A stretch of DNA of 55,035 nt from positions 1-55,035 of the forward strand of contig JBILKZ010000005.1 in assembly GCA_044376405.1 (NCBI GenBank), written 5' to 3'. The notes under the pieces were generated by a model, which worked only from the letters and a program-made list of their open reading frames with translations, had not been told where the DNA came from and ran no database searches. Below, one piece after another: positions 54,817 through 55,035 of this stretch; position 1 is the first letter of the stretch; each line of letters begins with the position of its first letter. The stretch is from Pirellulales bacterium. Its GTDB lineage: Bacteria; Planctomycetota; Planctomycetia; Pirellulales; UBA1268. Position numbers and translations under genes: made by a program.

Positions 54817-55035
54817 GATCCCCCGGCTCGCGCCGGGGGCTTCTATGCGGACATACAAGCCCTGAGCGCAAGCGACGGGATCACGTCCAACACGATCCCC
54901 CGGCTCGCGCCGGGGGCTTCTATGCGGGCATACAAACCCTGAGCGCAAGCGACGGGATCACGTCCAACACGATCCCCCGGCTCGCGCCGGGGGCTTCTAT
55001 GCGGGCATACAAGCCCTGAGCGCAAGCGACGGGAT
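54817..55035. repeat. Tandem array of 77-bp units (hairpin module + ACAAGCCCTGAGCGCAAGCGACGGGAT module), at least 2.8 copies, truncated by the window edge (REP-like element, locus 3)
   Basis: Hairpin cores CCCCCGGCTCGCGCCGGGGG start at 54820, 54897 and 54974. The sequence between cores is near-identical, with 2 substitutions seen. The array starts 11 nt after the response-regulator stop. Confidence 0.95.

Overview
High-GC chromosomal segment whose gene content looks planctomycetal. This is an inference from three signature families: PSCyt/DUF1549/DUF1553 with DUF1501, a DUF1592-family protein with DUF1552, and a DUF1559 prepilin-like gene with its lipoprotein partner. I call 44 protein-coding genes, one degraded gene remnant and four intergenic repeat arrays. 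I recognised no rRNA, tRNA, CRISPR/cas, transposase, integrase or phage genes. Housekeeping content: ppdK, frr, pyrH, tsf, rpsB, ilvN, ilvC, katG, an rlmI-like gene, lgt, panC and folK. Many long ORFs in the track are antisense shadow ORFs of the real genes and were discarded. Several track ORFs were trimmed to internal starts supported by signal peptides, family N-termini or stop/start overlaps. Most interesting observations, in order. (1) A 1141-codon single frame fuses a NatB-like ABC-2 permease, a CPBP intramembrane protease and a GluR0-like ligand-binding/pore module. It sits at the end of three tandem ABC ATPase/permease pairs. (2) A 930-aa secreted protein is built from nine copies of an unrecognised SQFxDGGFGDxGxQW repeat. 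Together with a transporter gene translationally coupled to pyrH, it splits the conserved rpsB-tsf-pyrH-frr cluster. (3) Lgt is fused to a canonical CDGSH iron-sulfur domain. (4) A modular hairpin repeat family forms tandem arrays of 55, 39 and 77 bp at three loci. (5) A 122-bp tandem duplication copies the abutting 3' ends of two convergent genes and carries hairpins with compensatory changes. (6) A lower-GC islet around katG holds a His-rich mini-ORF, a Cys-rich mini-protein paired with a zincin, and a fasciclin gene remnant. All family assignments come from reading motifs by eye. No database search was run.
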